Notes under the pieces: model-generated | The model's database searches: none | Seen by the model: only the letters and a program-made list of their open reading frames with translations | Told to the model about the DNA's origin: nothing | Translations under genes and position numbers: made by a program | NCBI GenBank assembly: GCA_013177855.1 | Contig: JABLYA010000001.1 | Coordinates: forward strand, 417,231 to 481,230 | DNA: 64,000 nucleotides | Reading direction: 5' to 3' | From: Ignavibacteria bacterium | GTDB lineage: Bacteria > Bacteroidota > Ignavibacteria > Ch128b | Part shown: piece by piece, positions 28,991 through 38,774 of the stretch | Layout of the letters: every line of letters begins with the position of its first letter | Position numbering within the stretch: the first letter of the stretch is position 1

Positions 28991-29764
28991 TCACTTAATC
29001 TTCAAATGCGATAATGCGAAATCATATTTAACTGGGTCTTCTGCGTCAAACTTTTTTAAGTTTTCTGTAATCTCAACAGCCATATTCCAGGATGGACTTT
29101 TTAATCTTGTCAAATCATAATGCTTAGCTATTTGGTAAATATGTGTATCGAGTGGAATTATTAATTGAGAAGTTCTTATCTCATTCCATAAACCTAAATC
29201 AACATTATCTTTCCTGACCATCCATCTTAAAAATAAATTTATTCTTTTACAGGCACTTCTATTCTCTGGTGATGGGAAAAGAAATTTTATTTTTCTTGAT
29301 TTGGTACCAAGACTTTGCATTTCATTCCTGAGGTATCTTGAGAAAAAAATGATCGCTGTTTTTAAGTTCTTATCTTCACTACTATAATGTTTAAGAAATA
29401 ATTTTTTAAGCGAACCATATTCAGCATAAACCTTATTTAAAGTTTTCATTAAACCAATAAACTCGGAATGAAATAAGAAGCGGTGATTAATTTCAAGATT
29501 TCTTTCCAAGTAAGAAATATAATCAAGGTCAAGAATTCTGTTAAGAGCTGAAGGTAAAAAGATGTTCAGAATTTTTGAGAGAGTTTTGTTGATTTGCTTT
29601 ATATTCCCGAAAGCATATAATGCAGATATGAATGCTAAAATTTCCTGATCAGTTTTATCTTGCTGAATTAAAACATTCCAGACAGGATCATCGGCTGAAT
29701 TTTTTCGATTATATTTTGAGTAAAGATTTTCTAAAAATTTTTTCGTTAACTTTACTTTAGACAC
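28991..29764 (-). CDS. TIGR02757/DUF2400 family protein (HhH-GPD-like)
   Basis: SACKRINLFLRWMVRKDNVDLGLW...LIIPLDTHI...DPVKYDFAL. Confidence 0.9.
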   Translation of the reverse strand: MSKVKLTKKFLENLYSKYNRKNSADDPVWNVLIQQDKTDQEILAFISALYAFGNIKQINKTLSKILNIFLPSALNRILDLDYISYLERNLEINHRFLFHSEFIGLMKTLNKVYAEYGSLKKLFLKHYSSEDKNLKTAIIFFSRYLRNEMQSLGTKSRKIKFLFPSPENRSACKRINLFLRWMVRKDNVDLGLWNEIRTSQLIIPLDTHIYQIAKHYDLTRLKSPSWNMAVEITENLKKFDAEDPVKYDFALSHLKIK

Positions 29765-30473
29765 CTTTAACCAATCTTACCATTTCTCTTACAGCATTTT
29801 CTAATCCCACGAAAACAGCACGTGCAATAATTGAATGCCCGATGCTTACTTCATCAATTTCTTTAATTTCTCTAAAAGGAATAATATTTAGATAATTTAA
29901 GCCGTGACCAGCATTTACACCGAGATTTAGACTTTTTCCAAATTTTGCAGCTTCTCGGATTTTTTCAAGTTCTTCTAAGGCTTCTTCTTCACTTATTGTA
30001 TTTGCATAAAATCCTGTATGAATCTCAATCATATCAGCATTAGCTTCAGCAGCAGCTTCGATTTGTTCTTTAACTGGATCGACAAATAAACTTACTTCAA
30101 TTTTGTTTGAATGAAGTTCTTTTACAACATCAACAACTCTATCAAAATATTTAACGACATCAAGTCCACCTTCGGTAGTAAGTTCCTGTCTGCGCTCAGG
30201 AACTAAAGTTGCCAGATCTGGTCTTACTTTACATGCAATCGATACAATCTGAGGGTCCATCGACATTTCGAGGTCAAGTTTTGTTTTTACAAGTTCTCGT
30301 AAAAGATAAACATCACGATCATTAATGTGTCTTCTATCTTCCCTTAAATGACAGACAATTCCATCAGCACCTGCAAGTTCACAAATCAACGCAGCAGTAA
30401 CTGGATCTGGTTCAAATTCTCCCCTTGCCTGACGTAGAGTTGCAACGTGGTCAATATTAATACAAAGCCGCAT
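29757..30473 (-). CDS. pdxJ: Pyridoxine 5'-phosphate synthase
   Basis: NIDHVATLRQAR, HLREDRRHI, PERRQELTTEGGLD, NAGHGL, IGHSIIARA. Confidence 0.97.
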   Translation of the reverse strand: MRLCINIDHVATLRQARGEFEPDPVTAALICELAGADGIVCHLREDRRHINDRDVYLLRELVKTKLDLEMSMDPQIVSIACKVRPDLATLVPERRQELTTEGGLDVVKYFDRVVDVVKELHSNKIEVSLFVDPVKEQIEAAAEANADMIEIHTGFYANTISEEEALEELEKIREAAKFGKSLNLGVNAGHGLNYLNIIPFREIKEIDEVSIGHSIIARAVFVGLENAVREMVRLVKGV

Positions 30474-30692
30474 TTTTTACTCCTTTTTTCTCAAACTTAA
30501 TAATTAGAAGCGATATTTTATGAACAAAATAGGTAGTGAACAATCGTCAAGTTTATATTTTAATAAAGATAGACCTGAAAAATAGTTTTGAAATAAAATT
30601 TAATAGTTAACCAAAAAAATGTGCATTATCTGTACAAGATAAATTTTCAATTCAATTTGTTTAAGGGAATTAATCTCTAATTAGTTTGAATA

Positions 30693-32240
30693 TCAGTTTG
30701 CTTCACCTAAAAATTTTTTTCCATCTTTACTCAAATTTCTAATATACTTCTCAGGATCTTTCATAAATTTCTCATCACATCCTTTGCAGCAAAATCCGTA
30801 AACCTTCCCTTTGTATAAAACCTTTGGTGCATCAGGATCAACTTCTTCTCCCTGAACAGGACAAACTAAATTGAATGGTTTAAGATTTTTATCGGAAACA
30901 TAAACAGGTTTATCATCTTTATTCTTAAAATTTTTAGACTTTGATGCTGTTGAATTTTGATCTTTACTTTCGCTCATTGATGCTTCACGCATACTCGAGT
31001 GTTGATGAGACTGTGAAATTGATTTTAATTCACTTTCAGAATCCAAAAGGAACGAACCAGATACAACTATTTCTTCATTCACTTTTAATCCAGAAATAAC
31101 CTGATAGTAATCACCAAATTTTTCTCCAAGTTTTACTTCTCGGGGTTCAAAAGTATTTTCACCAGATTTAATCCAGACAATATTTTTTTCACCTTTAAAT
31201 AGAACTGCACTTGATGGAATTTTTATTCCTTTACCAAAATTCTTAACAACTGACATTTCACCAAACATATTTGGTTTCAACTTGCCATTTGAGTTATTAA
31301 TGACAGCTCGAACTTTAACGGTTCGTTTTGTTTTGTCAACAATCGGATAAACATAAGAAACAACCCCATAAAAAATCTCGTCAGGTTTTGAATCGATTTT
31401 TATTTTAACTTTATCACCAACCTTCAAATTCCAGATATCATTTTCATAGAATTCACCAATTGCCCACAAACTTGAAAAATCAGCAATATCATATAATACA
31501 TCTCCTTCTCTTACATAATCACCTTCTACAATTTTTTTCTCCAAAACAATTCCATTAAATGGGGAATTAAAATCGATACTAAAATCAATTGATTGCGTCA
31601 ACTCCAGATTTTGAATCTGTCCTTGTGTTAATCCAAGAAGTAATAATTTACTCTTTGCTGATTTCAATAATGAATTTTCTAAAATTGATTTTGAATTACT
31701 TGCAAGCGAAGAATTATTCATTGCAATCAAATATTCATTTTGTGCCTGAATTAAATCGGGGCTGTAAATCTGAAACAATGGCATTCCTTTTTTTACATAA
31801 TCTCCGACTTTATCCACATATAATTTTTCAATTCTTCCATTAAAGCGAGCTGTGATTTTCTTTTTATTTGGTTCAGCAAAATCAAGAATTGCGAAAGCTT
31901 TGATTTCTTTTTCGAGCGGAGAAATTTCCACTTTGATCGTTTTTACATTAGCAAGAATGATCTTCGAATTCGAAAGCATAATCTGATTAATTAAACTATC
32001 CCTCATTTCTTCAGAGTTTGATTTTTTCACAAGATCCATATGACAAATTGGACAAACACCAGGCTTATCAGAAACAACGTTTGGATGCATAGGGCAGTAA
32101 TAAATCTCTTTTGTCTCATGTTGTTCTTTATGATTAACCTCTGCTTTTTCTTTCGAGCAGGAAGTAAAAATGAACGAGGATAAAACAACTAAAAGAATAA
32201 TCAAATTAAAACTTAGCGATTGGATGTTTTTAATTTTCAT
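30693..32240 (-). CDS. cusB: CusB-like heavy-metal efflux periplasmic adaptor with N-terminal metal-binding domain and C-terminal YHS domain
   Basis: Lipobox FTSC; YYCPMHP...KPGVCPICHMDL; YSPDLIQAQNEYL; LKPNMF; GSFLLDSES; C-terminal CPVQGE...YKGKVYGFCCKGC...DPEKY. Confidence 0.88.
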   Translation of the reverse strand: MKIKNIQSLSFNLIILLVVLSSFIFTSCSKEKAEVNHKEQHETKEIYYCPMHPNVVSDKPGVCPICHMDLVKKSNSEEMRDSLINQIMLSNSKIILANVKTIKVEISPLEKEIKAFAILDFAEPNKKKITARFNGRIEKLYVDKVGDYVKKGMPLFQIYSPDLIQAQNEYLIAMNNSSLASNSKSILENSLLKSAKSKLLLLGLTQGQIQNLELTQSIDFSIDFNSPFNGIVLEKKIVEGDYVREGDVLYDIADFSSLWAIGEFYENDIWNLKVGDKVKIKIDSKPDEIFYGVVSYVYPIVDKTKRTVKVRAVINNSNGKLKPNMFGEMSVVKNFGKGIKIPSSAVLFKGEKNIVWIKSGENTFEPREVKLGEKFGDYYQVISGLKVNEEIVVSGSFLLDSESELKSISQSHQHSSMREASMSESKDQNSTASKSKNFKNKDDKPVYVSDKNLKPFNLVCPVQGEEVDPDAPKVLYKGKVYGFCCKGCDEKFMKDPEKYIRNLSKDGKKFLGEAN

Positions 32241-33535
32241 CTCAAATTCTCCTTATGTAAATTTTGACCTGTTATTTTTTCTAATTCTGCAAAAGACATT
32301 AAATACTCAGAGACAAGCATATAGTATTTCATTTTTTCCATCAATCTCATTCGATTTATCTCAATAATTGAATTGATAGAAACTCTTCCTGTTTCGAATT
32401 CAATTAATTGCGCATTAAATACATTATCATAAGAAGGAATTACTTTTTGTTCATAAAGTTGAATCAAGTCCTTGTTTGAATTAATTGTGAGTAAAAGATT
32501 TTGCACTTCTTTTCTCATTTGATTAATCATATTTGTCTTTTCATATTCAATCGATTTTATTGTATTCTCAAGTTCTTCAATTTTATAAGTGAACTTTTTC
32601 TTTGACCATGGGGCAAAAGGCAAATTGATTGATGTCATTAATCCAAACATTATTTCTTCCCGGCTTCCATCCATAGGCAAGGGATATTTTGTTGTTAAAA
32701 TCATTCCCTTCGGCATTCTCATTATCATCCCGCTGATCATCAGATCAGGGATTAATTCTTTTTCCGTCGCTTTTATTTCGTTCTTATTCATCTCAATCAT
32801 AGATTGCATTGATTTTAATTCAGGGTTAAGACTGAAGATTAAACTATCAAATTGTTCGATGGTGAAGTTTATTGCAGGTAACTTTATTTTTTTGTCCGTA
32901 AAAATTTCTTGCTCAAGATTTTCTCTTCCGATCAGAAAATTTATTTCCTTGATTAATGAGTTTCTCTTACGTTCTAGATTGATTAGTTCAACTTCCCCTT
33001 TGGCAATTTCACTTTGAATAAGAATGAGATCCGACTGATTTGTCCTGTTTATTTGATATAAAAGATCAAGTGAATTCTGAAGTCTTCTCAGTTCTTCCTG
33101 GTTTTCTTTCTGAATCATTATTTCATTTTCAAGTTTCCATAACTCAAAGTATTTCACCTTAATTTTTGTAAGTAAGTCATTCTGAATCTCATCTAATTTA
33201 TTTCTGCTCAATAACAATTCACTCATTGAGACTCTTTGCATTGCATTTATTTTTCCACCGAGAGGTATCATCTGAGATAATGAAATTGTATTTGATAATG
33301 AATTACCTAGTATGTTTGCTCTATCAAAATTAAATTGATTAATCTCAAAACTGAGTACAGGTGATGGCAAAGCTGAATTTTGAATGACCTTGTTTTTCTT
33401 TGCTTCAACAATTAATTGAGATGATTTAAGTATTGGATTTTTAAATAATGCTTCATTCAGCAATGAATCAAGACTCTGTGAAAAAGCATAAAGGTTAAAT
33501 TGAAATAGAAATATCGCCACAAGTTTTAATTTCAT
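32237..33535 (-). CDS. TolC/CusC-family outer-membrane efflux channel
   Basis: Signal peptide, KNPIL, SQMIPLGGK, SINLPFAPW, coiled-coil repeats; lies between cusA and cusB. Confidence 0.85.
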   Translation of the reverse strand: MKLKLVAIFLFQFNLYAFSQSLDSLLNEALFKNPILKSSQLIVEAKKNKVIQNSALPSPVLSFEINQFNFDRANILGNSLSNTISLSQMIPLGGKINAMQRVSMSELLLSRNKLDEIQNDLLTKIKVKYFELWKLENEIMIQKENQEELRRLQNSLDLLYQINRTNQSDLILIQSEIAKGEVELINLERKRNSLIKEINFLIGRENLEQEIFTDKKIKLPAINFTIEQFDSLIFSLNPELKSMQSMIEMNKNEIKATEKELIPDLMISGMIMRMPKGMILTTKYPLPMDGSREEIMFGLMTSINLPFAPWSKKKFTYKIEELENTIKSIEYEKTNMINQMRKEVQNLLLTINSNKDLIQLYEQKVIPSYDNVFNAQLIEFETGRVSINSIIEINRMRLMEKMKYYMLVSEYLMSFAELEKITGQNLHKENLR

Positions 33536-33536
33536 T

Positions 33537-36500
33537 TCAAGCCTCCTTCATCCAGTCAGACATTTTTGAGAGTTGAAGTTTTCCTTTCTTCAATGCATTT
33601 TCTTTCATAATTGCAAAAAGAATTGGAGTTACAACCAAAACATGTATTGCCGATGTTAGTAATCCTCCGATCATCGGGGCAGTTAAAGGTTTCATTACAT
33701 CAGAGCCTGTACCAGTTGACCACATCACAGGAATCAATCCAACCATACTCGTAAATACAGTCATTAATTTCGGTCTCAATCTTAAAACAGAACCTTCAAT
33801 TGTTGCCTCATAGATATCCTGATTTGTTATCTCACCTCTCTCACCATTTATGTAACTTCGAATTCTTTTATCAAGCGCTTCGTGAAGATATACAACCATC
33901 ACAACACCAGTTTCGACTGCAATCCCATACAAAGCTATAAAACCAACCCAGACAGCAACAGAAAAATTATAACCAAGAATAAAGATCATATACATACCAC
34001 CAATTAATGCAAAAGGGACTGAGAGCATAACAACTGCTGCTTCTTTATAATCTTTCAATGCCAGATAAAGTAAGACATAAATTATAAGAAATACGATTGG
34101 CATAATTATGGCAATTGTTCTCTGTGCACGGATTTTATTTTCATATTGACCACTAAAAGTATAACTATATCCTTCTGGCAATTTTAATTTTTGCTGAATT
34201 AATTTTTTTGCATCTTCAACAACGCTTCCCATATCTCTCCCCCTCGCATTCATAAACACAATCGATCTTAACATTCCATCTTCGCTGCTGATCATAGGAG
34301 GTCCTGTTGTAATCTTTACATCTGCAATCATATTTAAAGGAAGATAGATATTATCACCTTCAAAACTTTCTATTAATGAACTCGATGAATTTGGTTCACT
34401 GGATGAAATCTTACTTATCATATTTCCTGTTTCACCCATTCTCATCAACGCCATAGATTTATTATTTGAGATTGAAGATGCAATCGATGGTTTCATAGAT
34501 TGCATTTCATTTTTATAAACCGGAATAGGAATGATCAAGTTTTTCAAATCCTCGATTTCATCTCTAAAATCTTTCAGGAATCTAACTCTTAAAGGAAAAC
34601 GCATTCTTCCGTCTATTACAACACTAAGATTTTCACCGCCGATTGCTGTTTCAATTATATTTTGAATATCCTGAACATTAATTCCAAATCTTGACGCTGC
34701 ATCTCTTTTAATTGAAATATCCAGATAATATCCATTCTGAACTCTTTCAGCTACAACATCAGCAGCACCTTGAACTTGTTTCAGAATTTGCTCTGCCTGA
34801 ATTGCAAGAAGTTCAAGGGTATCGAGGTTTGTTCCAAAAATCTTTAATCCAATGTCAGTTCTAACACCCGTGCTTAACATATTAATTCGATTAATTATTG
34901 GTTGAGTCCATCCATTTGTTACGCCAGGGATTTGAAGTTTTTGATCAAGTTCCTGAATAATATCATTTTTAGTAATTCCTTTACGCCATTGGTTTTTTGG
35001 TTTGAGGAGAATAATGGTCTCGATCATACTTAAAGGTGCATTGTCTGTTGCAGTTTCTGCCCGCCCAGCTTTACCCAATACATATTCTACCTCAGGAATT
35101 GTTTTAATAATCTTGTCCTGAATTTGTAGAATTTTTGTTACTTCTGTTATTGATACATTTGGTAAAGTCACCGGCATATAAAGGATTGAACCTTCATCCA
35201 GAGGAGGCATAAATTCTGAACCCGTCTTTAAAACCATTGGAATAGTAATCAGCAACGCAATCAGATTAATCGCAATAGTTGTTTTTCTGTGTTTCAAAAC
35301 CCAGTGAATTACCGGTTCATAGATTTGATTAAAAAATTTTGTCACAGGATTTTGATGCTCAAGCTTAAACTTCCCTCGCATTAAAAAGGTCATTAAAACA
35401 GGAATTAAAGAAATTACAACAATTGCTGAACCGAGCATTGCAAATGTTTTTGTGAAAGCAAGAGGTTTAAATAACTTGCCTTCCTGTCCGGTCAGAAGAA
35501 AAACTGGTAAAAATGAAACGAGTATTATTAATTCAGAAAAGAAGATTGCCCTGCCTACCTGCTTTGCTGATTGAATTGAAATTTCCTTGTACTCATTTGA
35601 TGTCAACTCACCTTTTTCATTTAATTTTCTCGCAATGTTTCGATAAGCATTTTCAACCATTACGATTGATGAATCCACAATCACACCAATTGCTAAAATT
35701 ATTCCGCCAAGACTCATAATATTTGATGTAATGTTAAAAACATACATTAGAATAAAAGCTATCAAAACCGAGATAGGAATTTCTATCAAAATTCTTACAA
35801 TACTTCTAAAATGAAGTAGAAAAATCATCACCATCAGTGAAACAGTTATTGCCGCCTCAATCAATGCTCGTTCAAGTGTACCAACAGCCTCTTTTATCAA
35901 TGTGCTTCTATCATAAGATGTTTTTATTTCTACACCTTCCGGCAATCCAATTTTAATTTCCTCAATTTTTTTCTTTACTCTATCAATAACTTCTTTTGCA
36001 TTTCCCCCATTTCGCATCACAACAATTCCACCTACAACCTCACCTTTACCATCTTTTTCAAGCGAACCACGACGAATGTCAGGACCTAACTGAACTACTC
36101 CGATATTTTTAATCAGCACTGGGACCCCATCGCTTCTAATCTTTACAACAGTATTTTCTAATTCTTCTTTAGTATGTATATAACCTTGCCCTCTGACAAA
36201 ATATTCCGCATCGTTTACTTCGATTAATTTTCCACCAACTTCACTATTACTTTTCTGAACTGCAGCAACAACATCTGATACATTGACATCGTAAGCTCTT
36301 AGTTTAATTGGGTCAATATCAACTTGATATTGCTTGACAAAGCCTCCAACACTTGCAACTTCTGCAACACCTTCTACAGCGGCAAGTTTGAATCTTATAT
36401 ACCAGTCTTGAATTGCTCTCAACGTCCCTAAATCGTAATTTTTTCCTTCAACAGTATACCAGAAAATATGTCCAACACCAGTTCCATCTGGTCCAAGGGT

Positions 36501-36881
36501 TGGGGTAACGCCGGCAGGAAATTGTGATTGAATAGTCGAAAGTCTTTCTAAAACTCGATTTCTTGCAAAATAGATATCGACATTATCTTCAAAGATTACG
36601 AAGACAAAAGACATTCCGAACATCGAGGTCGCTCTTACTGCTTTAACTCCAGCAACTCCTTGCAAAGAAGTAACTATTGGATAGGTAACCTGATCCTCAA
36701 CAACTTGCGGTGATCTTCCCATCCATTCAGTGAAAATAATGACTTGGTTTTCTGATAAATCAGGGATAGCGTCGACAGGTAAATTTGCAACTGAGTATAT
36801 TCCAAATCCAACTATTAACAAGTAAAATAAAATAACCAGAAAACGATTTTGCGAACTCCATTCTATAATTTTTTCAATCAT
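33537..36881 (-). CDS. cusA: CusA/CzcA-family heavy-metal RND permease (Cu/Ag type)
   Basis: Start reassigned to ATG 36881 (MIEKIIEWS, GGAG SD); DAIPDLSENQVII, LGPDGTGVG, GSEFMPPLDEG, PIINRINMLSTG, RLRPKLMT, GTGSDVMKP. Confidence 0.93.
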   Translation of the reverse strand: MIEKIIEWSSQNRFLVILFYLLIVGFGIYSVANLPVDAIPDLSENQVIIFTEWMGRSPQVVEDQVTYPIVTSLQGVAGVKAVRATSMFGMSFVFVIFEDNVDIYFARNRVLERLSTIQSQFPAGVTPTLGPDGTGVGHIFWYTVEGKNYDLGTLRAIQDWYIRFKLAAVEGVAEVASVGGFVKQYQVDIDPIKLRAYDVNVSDVVAAVQKSNSEVGGKLIEVNDAEYFVRGQGYIHTKEELENTVVKIRSDGVPVLIKNIGVVQLGPDIRRGSLEKDGKGEVVGGIVVMRNGGNAKEVIDRVKKKIEEIKIGLPEGVEIKTSYDRSTLIKEAVGTLERALIEAAITVSLMVMIFLLHFRSIVRILIEIPISVLIAFILMYVFNITSNIMSLGGIILAIGVIVDSSIVMVENAYRNIARKLNEKGELTSNEYKEISIQSAKQVGRAIFFSELIILVSFLPVFLLTGQEGKLFKPLAFTKTFAMLGSAIVVISLIPVLMTFLMRGKFKLEHQNPVTKFFNQIYEPVIHWVLKHRKTTIAINLIALLITIPMVLKTGSEFMPPLDEGSILYMPVTLPNVSITEVTKILQIQDKIIKTIPEVEYVLGKAGRAETATDNAPLSMIETIILLKPKNQWRKGITKNDIIQELDQKLQIPGVTNGWTQPIINRINMLSTGVRTDIGLKIFGTNLDTLELLAIQAEQILKQVQGAADVVAERVQNGYYLDISIKRDAASRFGINVQDIQNIIETAIGGENLSVVIDGRMRFPLRVRFLKDFRDEIEDLKNLIIPIPVYKNEMQSMKPSIASSISNNKSMALMRMGETGNMISKISSSEPNSSSSLIESFEGDNIYLPLNMIADVKITTGPPMISSEDGMLRSIVFMNARGRDMGSVVEDAKKLIQQKLKLPEGYSYTFSGQYENKIRAQRTIAIIMPIVFLIIYVLLYLALKDYKEAAVVMLSVPFALIGGMYMIFILGYNFSVAVWVGFIALYGIAVETGVVMVVYLHEALDKRIRSYINGERGEITNQDIYEATIEGSVLRLRPKLMTVFTSMVGLIPVMWSTGTGSDVMKPLTAPMIGGLLTSAIHVLVVTPILFAIMKENALKKGKLQLSKMSDWMKEA

Positions 36882-36956
36882 TATTAGACTCCTTAATTGA
36901 ATTTTAAACACACTAATCCACTTTACTTGAATGAAAAAAGCAGAAAATTTCGGAGT

Positions 36957-37373
36957 CTAAATAAGCAGAATTAAATTTATTAGATAGGAAGGTATTTTTT
37001 GTGGTGGTGAATGGGTATTGGTTACTTGAACTTCAAAAGTATTGGTTGTTAATTCAGGAATTGAGGGTAGAAGAAAAGCAACTTGAAGTTGATTAAGTTC
37101 ATTTATTTCAGTCTTTCTTACAATAACATCATCAATTTGATTTGTGGTCTTTACAATATTTTTACAACATGGATCGTCTGAAATATCGTTTATAGAAAGA
37201 TTAAAAGAATTTAAATATATGGCTTCATGATCTTCTTCACACATTCCGCATTCTGATTTAGACAATTGCTTCATCGTATCACAATAATGAAGCACGACGG
37301 TAAAGTTAACATTGGCAATAAAGAAAAGTAAAATCAGAATGCCGATGAGTATATTTTTAAATTGCTTTTTCAT
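36957..37373 (-). CDS. HYC_CC_PP-family protein (candidate metal-sensing leader)
   Basis: N-terminal TM then LHYC...CGMC...PCC...HSPP...YLINLILLI; start reassigned to ATG 37373, just downstream of a promoter. Confidence 0.75.
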   Translation of the reverse strand: MKKQFKNILIGILILLFFIANVNFTVVLHYCDTMKQLSKSECGMCEEDHEAIYLNSFNLSINDISDDPCCKNIVKTTNQIDDVIVRKTEINELNQLQVAFLLPSIPELTTNTFEVQVTNTHSPPQKIPSYLINLILLI

Positions 37374-37379
37374 CTCATC

Positions 37380-37410
37380 GAAACTTAAAAAATAATACTT
37401 CACAAATCAA
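37380..37410 (-). promoter_or_regulatory. Putative promoter TTGATT-17-TAAGTTTC of the HYC_CC_PP-cusA operon
   Basis: 17-nt spacing; ends 6 nt before ATG 37373. Confidence 0.55.
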
Positions 37411-37434
37411 GCTCTTTATTTATAGTATGTGGTT

Positions 37435-37471
37435 AAAAAACAAAAGCCAGCCATTGTATAGAATGGCTGGC
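37435..37471 (-). terminator. Intrinsic terminator after the cytochrome c gene
   Basis: GCCAGCCATT (37446-37455) / AATGGCTGGC (37462-37471) stem followed by TTTTGTTTTTT on the minus strand. Confidence 0.85.
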
Positions 37472-37487
37472 GATTAAACTTTTTAAT

Positions 37488-37745
37488 TCATCTTTCTTTA
37501 AGAAATTTCAAAATTTCGTTTTCCTGTTCAGCAGTAATTTTTGCTTTATTTCTCATTGAAACAACAATAGTGTCCCATTGAGCAGGAGTGAACTCATTTC
37601 TTACATATAATTTATGACAACCACCACACTTTGAGATATATAACTTTTTGCCTTCAATAAATTGTGTTTCTTCATTATGGATAGAATGTTTTGTACATCC
37701 TGCAAAAATCAAGATTGCAGAAATTATAATTAAAGTTAATTTCAT
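37488..37745 (-). CDS. Small monoheme c-type cytochrome lipoprotein
   Basis: Lipobox FAGC; GKKLYISKCGGCHKL (CxxCH); distal Met in W...V.SM. Confidence 0.85.
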   Translation of the reverse strand: MKLTLIIISAILIFAGCTKHSIHNEETQFIEGKKLYISKCGGCHKLYVRNEFTPAQWDTIVVSMRNKAKITAEQENEILKFLKER

Positions 37746-38524
37746 AATTCAATTCCCAGGATGCTCCTAATTTCATATTTCTCATGTCCAATAAGATCTA
37801 GGCGTGAGTTGTTTGTAGAGGTACCATTAATCTGGGCGATTAAATTTATTGTGAAATAAAATTTTTCAGTTTGAAAATTAATTGTTGGTCCCATAAAAAA
37901 TGCCTGGTTTACTTTCTTATCGTAAACATTGGTGAAATTCAGATGATTTCGAAATTCTAATCCCGCTGCAAAATTTGCATTTATCTCATAAGCTAATCCA
38001 CCAGTAATTTCAAATTCTGATTTGGTTGAATTCATTGGGATATTCTTTTCAATCTCTGAATTAAAATTAATCACACCAATAAAATTTGCAGATCGTTTAG
38101 TTAAAAATATTTTAGGTTCGTATTTGACTTTATCACCGCCATAATAAAATTCTGCATAAAGAGTTGGGTCAATAAAATATTCTCCAATTTCAAATAATCT
38201 ATATCGTAATTCGTATGAAGTGGATGTAAAACTTAATGACTTAGGTGGATATAGATTGTTTTTTGATCTGATCTCTTCAAAATTAAAATAAATTGCGGCA
38301 GTTAGTTTATCAGTTACCCCATATTCAAATTCAATTCTGGGCTGCCATTTATAATAATAACCTTGATCTTTTTGAATTTTTCCTGTATTCCAGATCTCGA
38401 GTTCAAGGACTTTTGCAGGAATTGTATAAGATGTATATGAACGAGCAAAATATCTACGATCAGCTCTAAGAACCGAAGATGTAATTATTATTAATACAGC
38501 TGAAAAAATTAAAAAATTGCGCAT
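37742..38524 (-). CDS. Putative outer-membrane beta-barrel/porin (DUF6662-like)
   Basis: Signal peptide; DRRYFARSY...ELEIWNT...EFEYGVTDKL...DPTLYAEF...GLEFRNH...EIRSILGIEL amphipathic strands. Confidence 0.65.
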   Translation of the reverse strand: MRNFLIFSAVLIIITSSVLRADRRYFARSYTSYTIPAKVLELEIWNTGKIQKDQGYYYKWQPRIEFEYGVTDKLTAAIYFNFEEIRSKNNLYPPKSLSFTSTSYELRYRLFEIGEYFIDPTLYAEFYYGGDKVKYEPKIFLTKRSANFIGVINFNSEIEKNIPMNSTKSEFEITGGLAYEINANFAAGLEFRNHLNFTNVYDKKVNQAFFMGPTINFQTEKFYFTINLIAQINGTSTNNSRLDLIGHEKYEIRSILGIEL

Positions 38525-38549
38525 TTTTTACTCCTTATTTTTTTATTAC

Positions 38550-38570
38550 TATTTAGACCAAATCTAAATA
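38550..38570. promoter_or_regulatory. Palindromic operator TATTTAGA-N5-TCTAAATA (Fur-family-like box)
   Basis: Perfect 8-5-8 inverted repeat overlapping the -10 element of the porin-cytochrome promoter. Confidence 0.7.
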
Positions 38571-38589
38571 ATTTAAATAAATTTTGCAA
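38559..38589 (-). promoter_or_regulatory. Putative promoter TTGCAA-17-TAGATTTG of the porin-cytochrome operon
   Basis: 17-nt spacing; 34 nt upstream of ATG 38524, which has a GGAG SD. Confidence 0.65.
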
Positions 38590-38774
38590 TAGTAAATTTT
38601 GCACCGATATAAATTTTTCCAGAAAAAGATTTTTCAAATTAAAACAGCTCTGTTAGATTTTTCGGGATATAATAAGATATGGGATTATAAGCATTTTTAG
38701 GAAATTACCTAAAAGTTAATGTGGAGAAATCCCCTGCTGGGATTGATGATCGAATAGAGGTTGAATTTGTTCTA

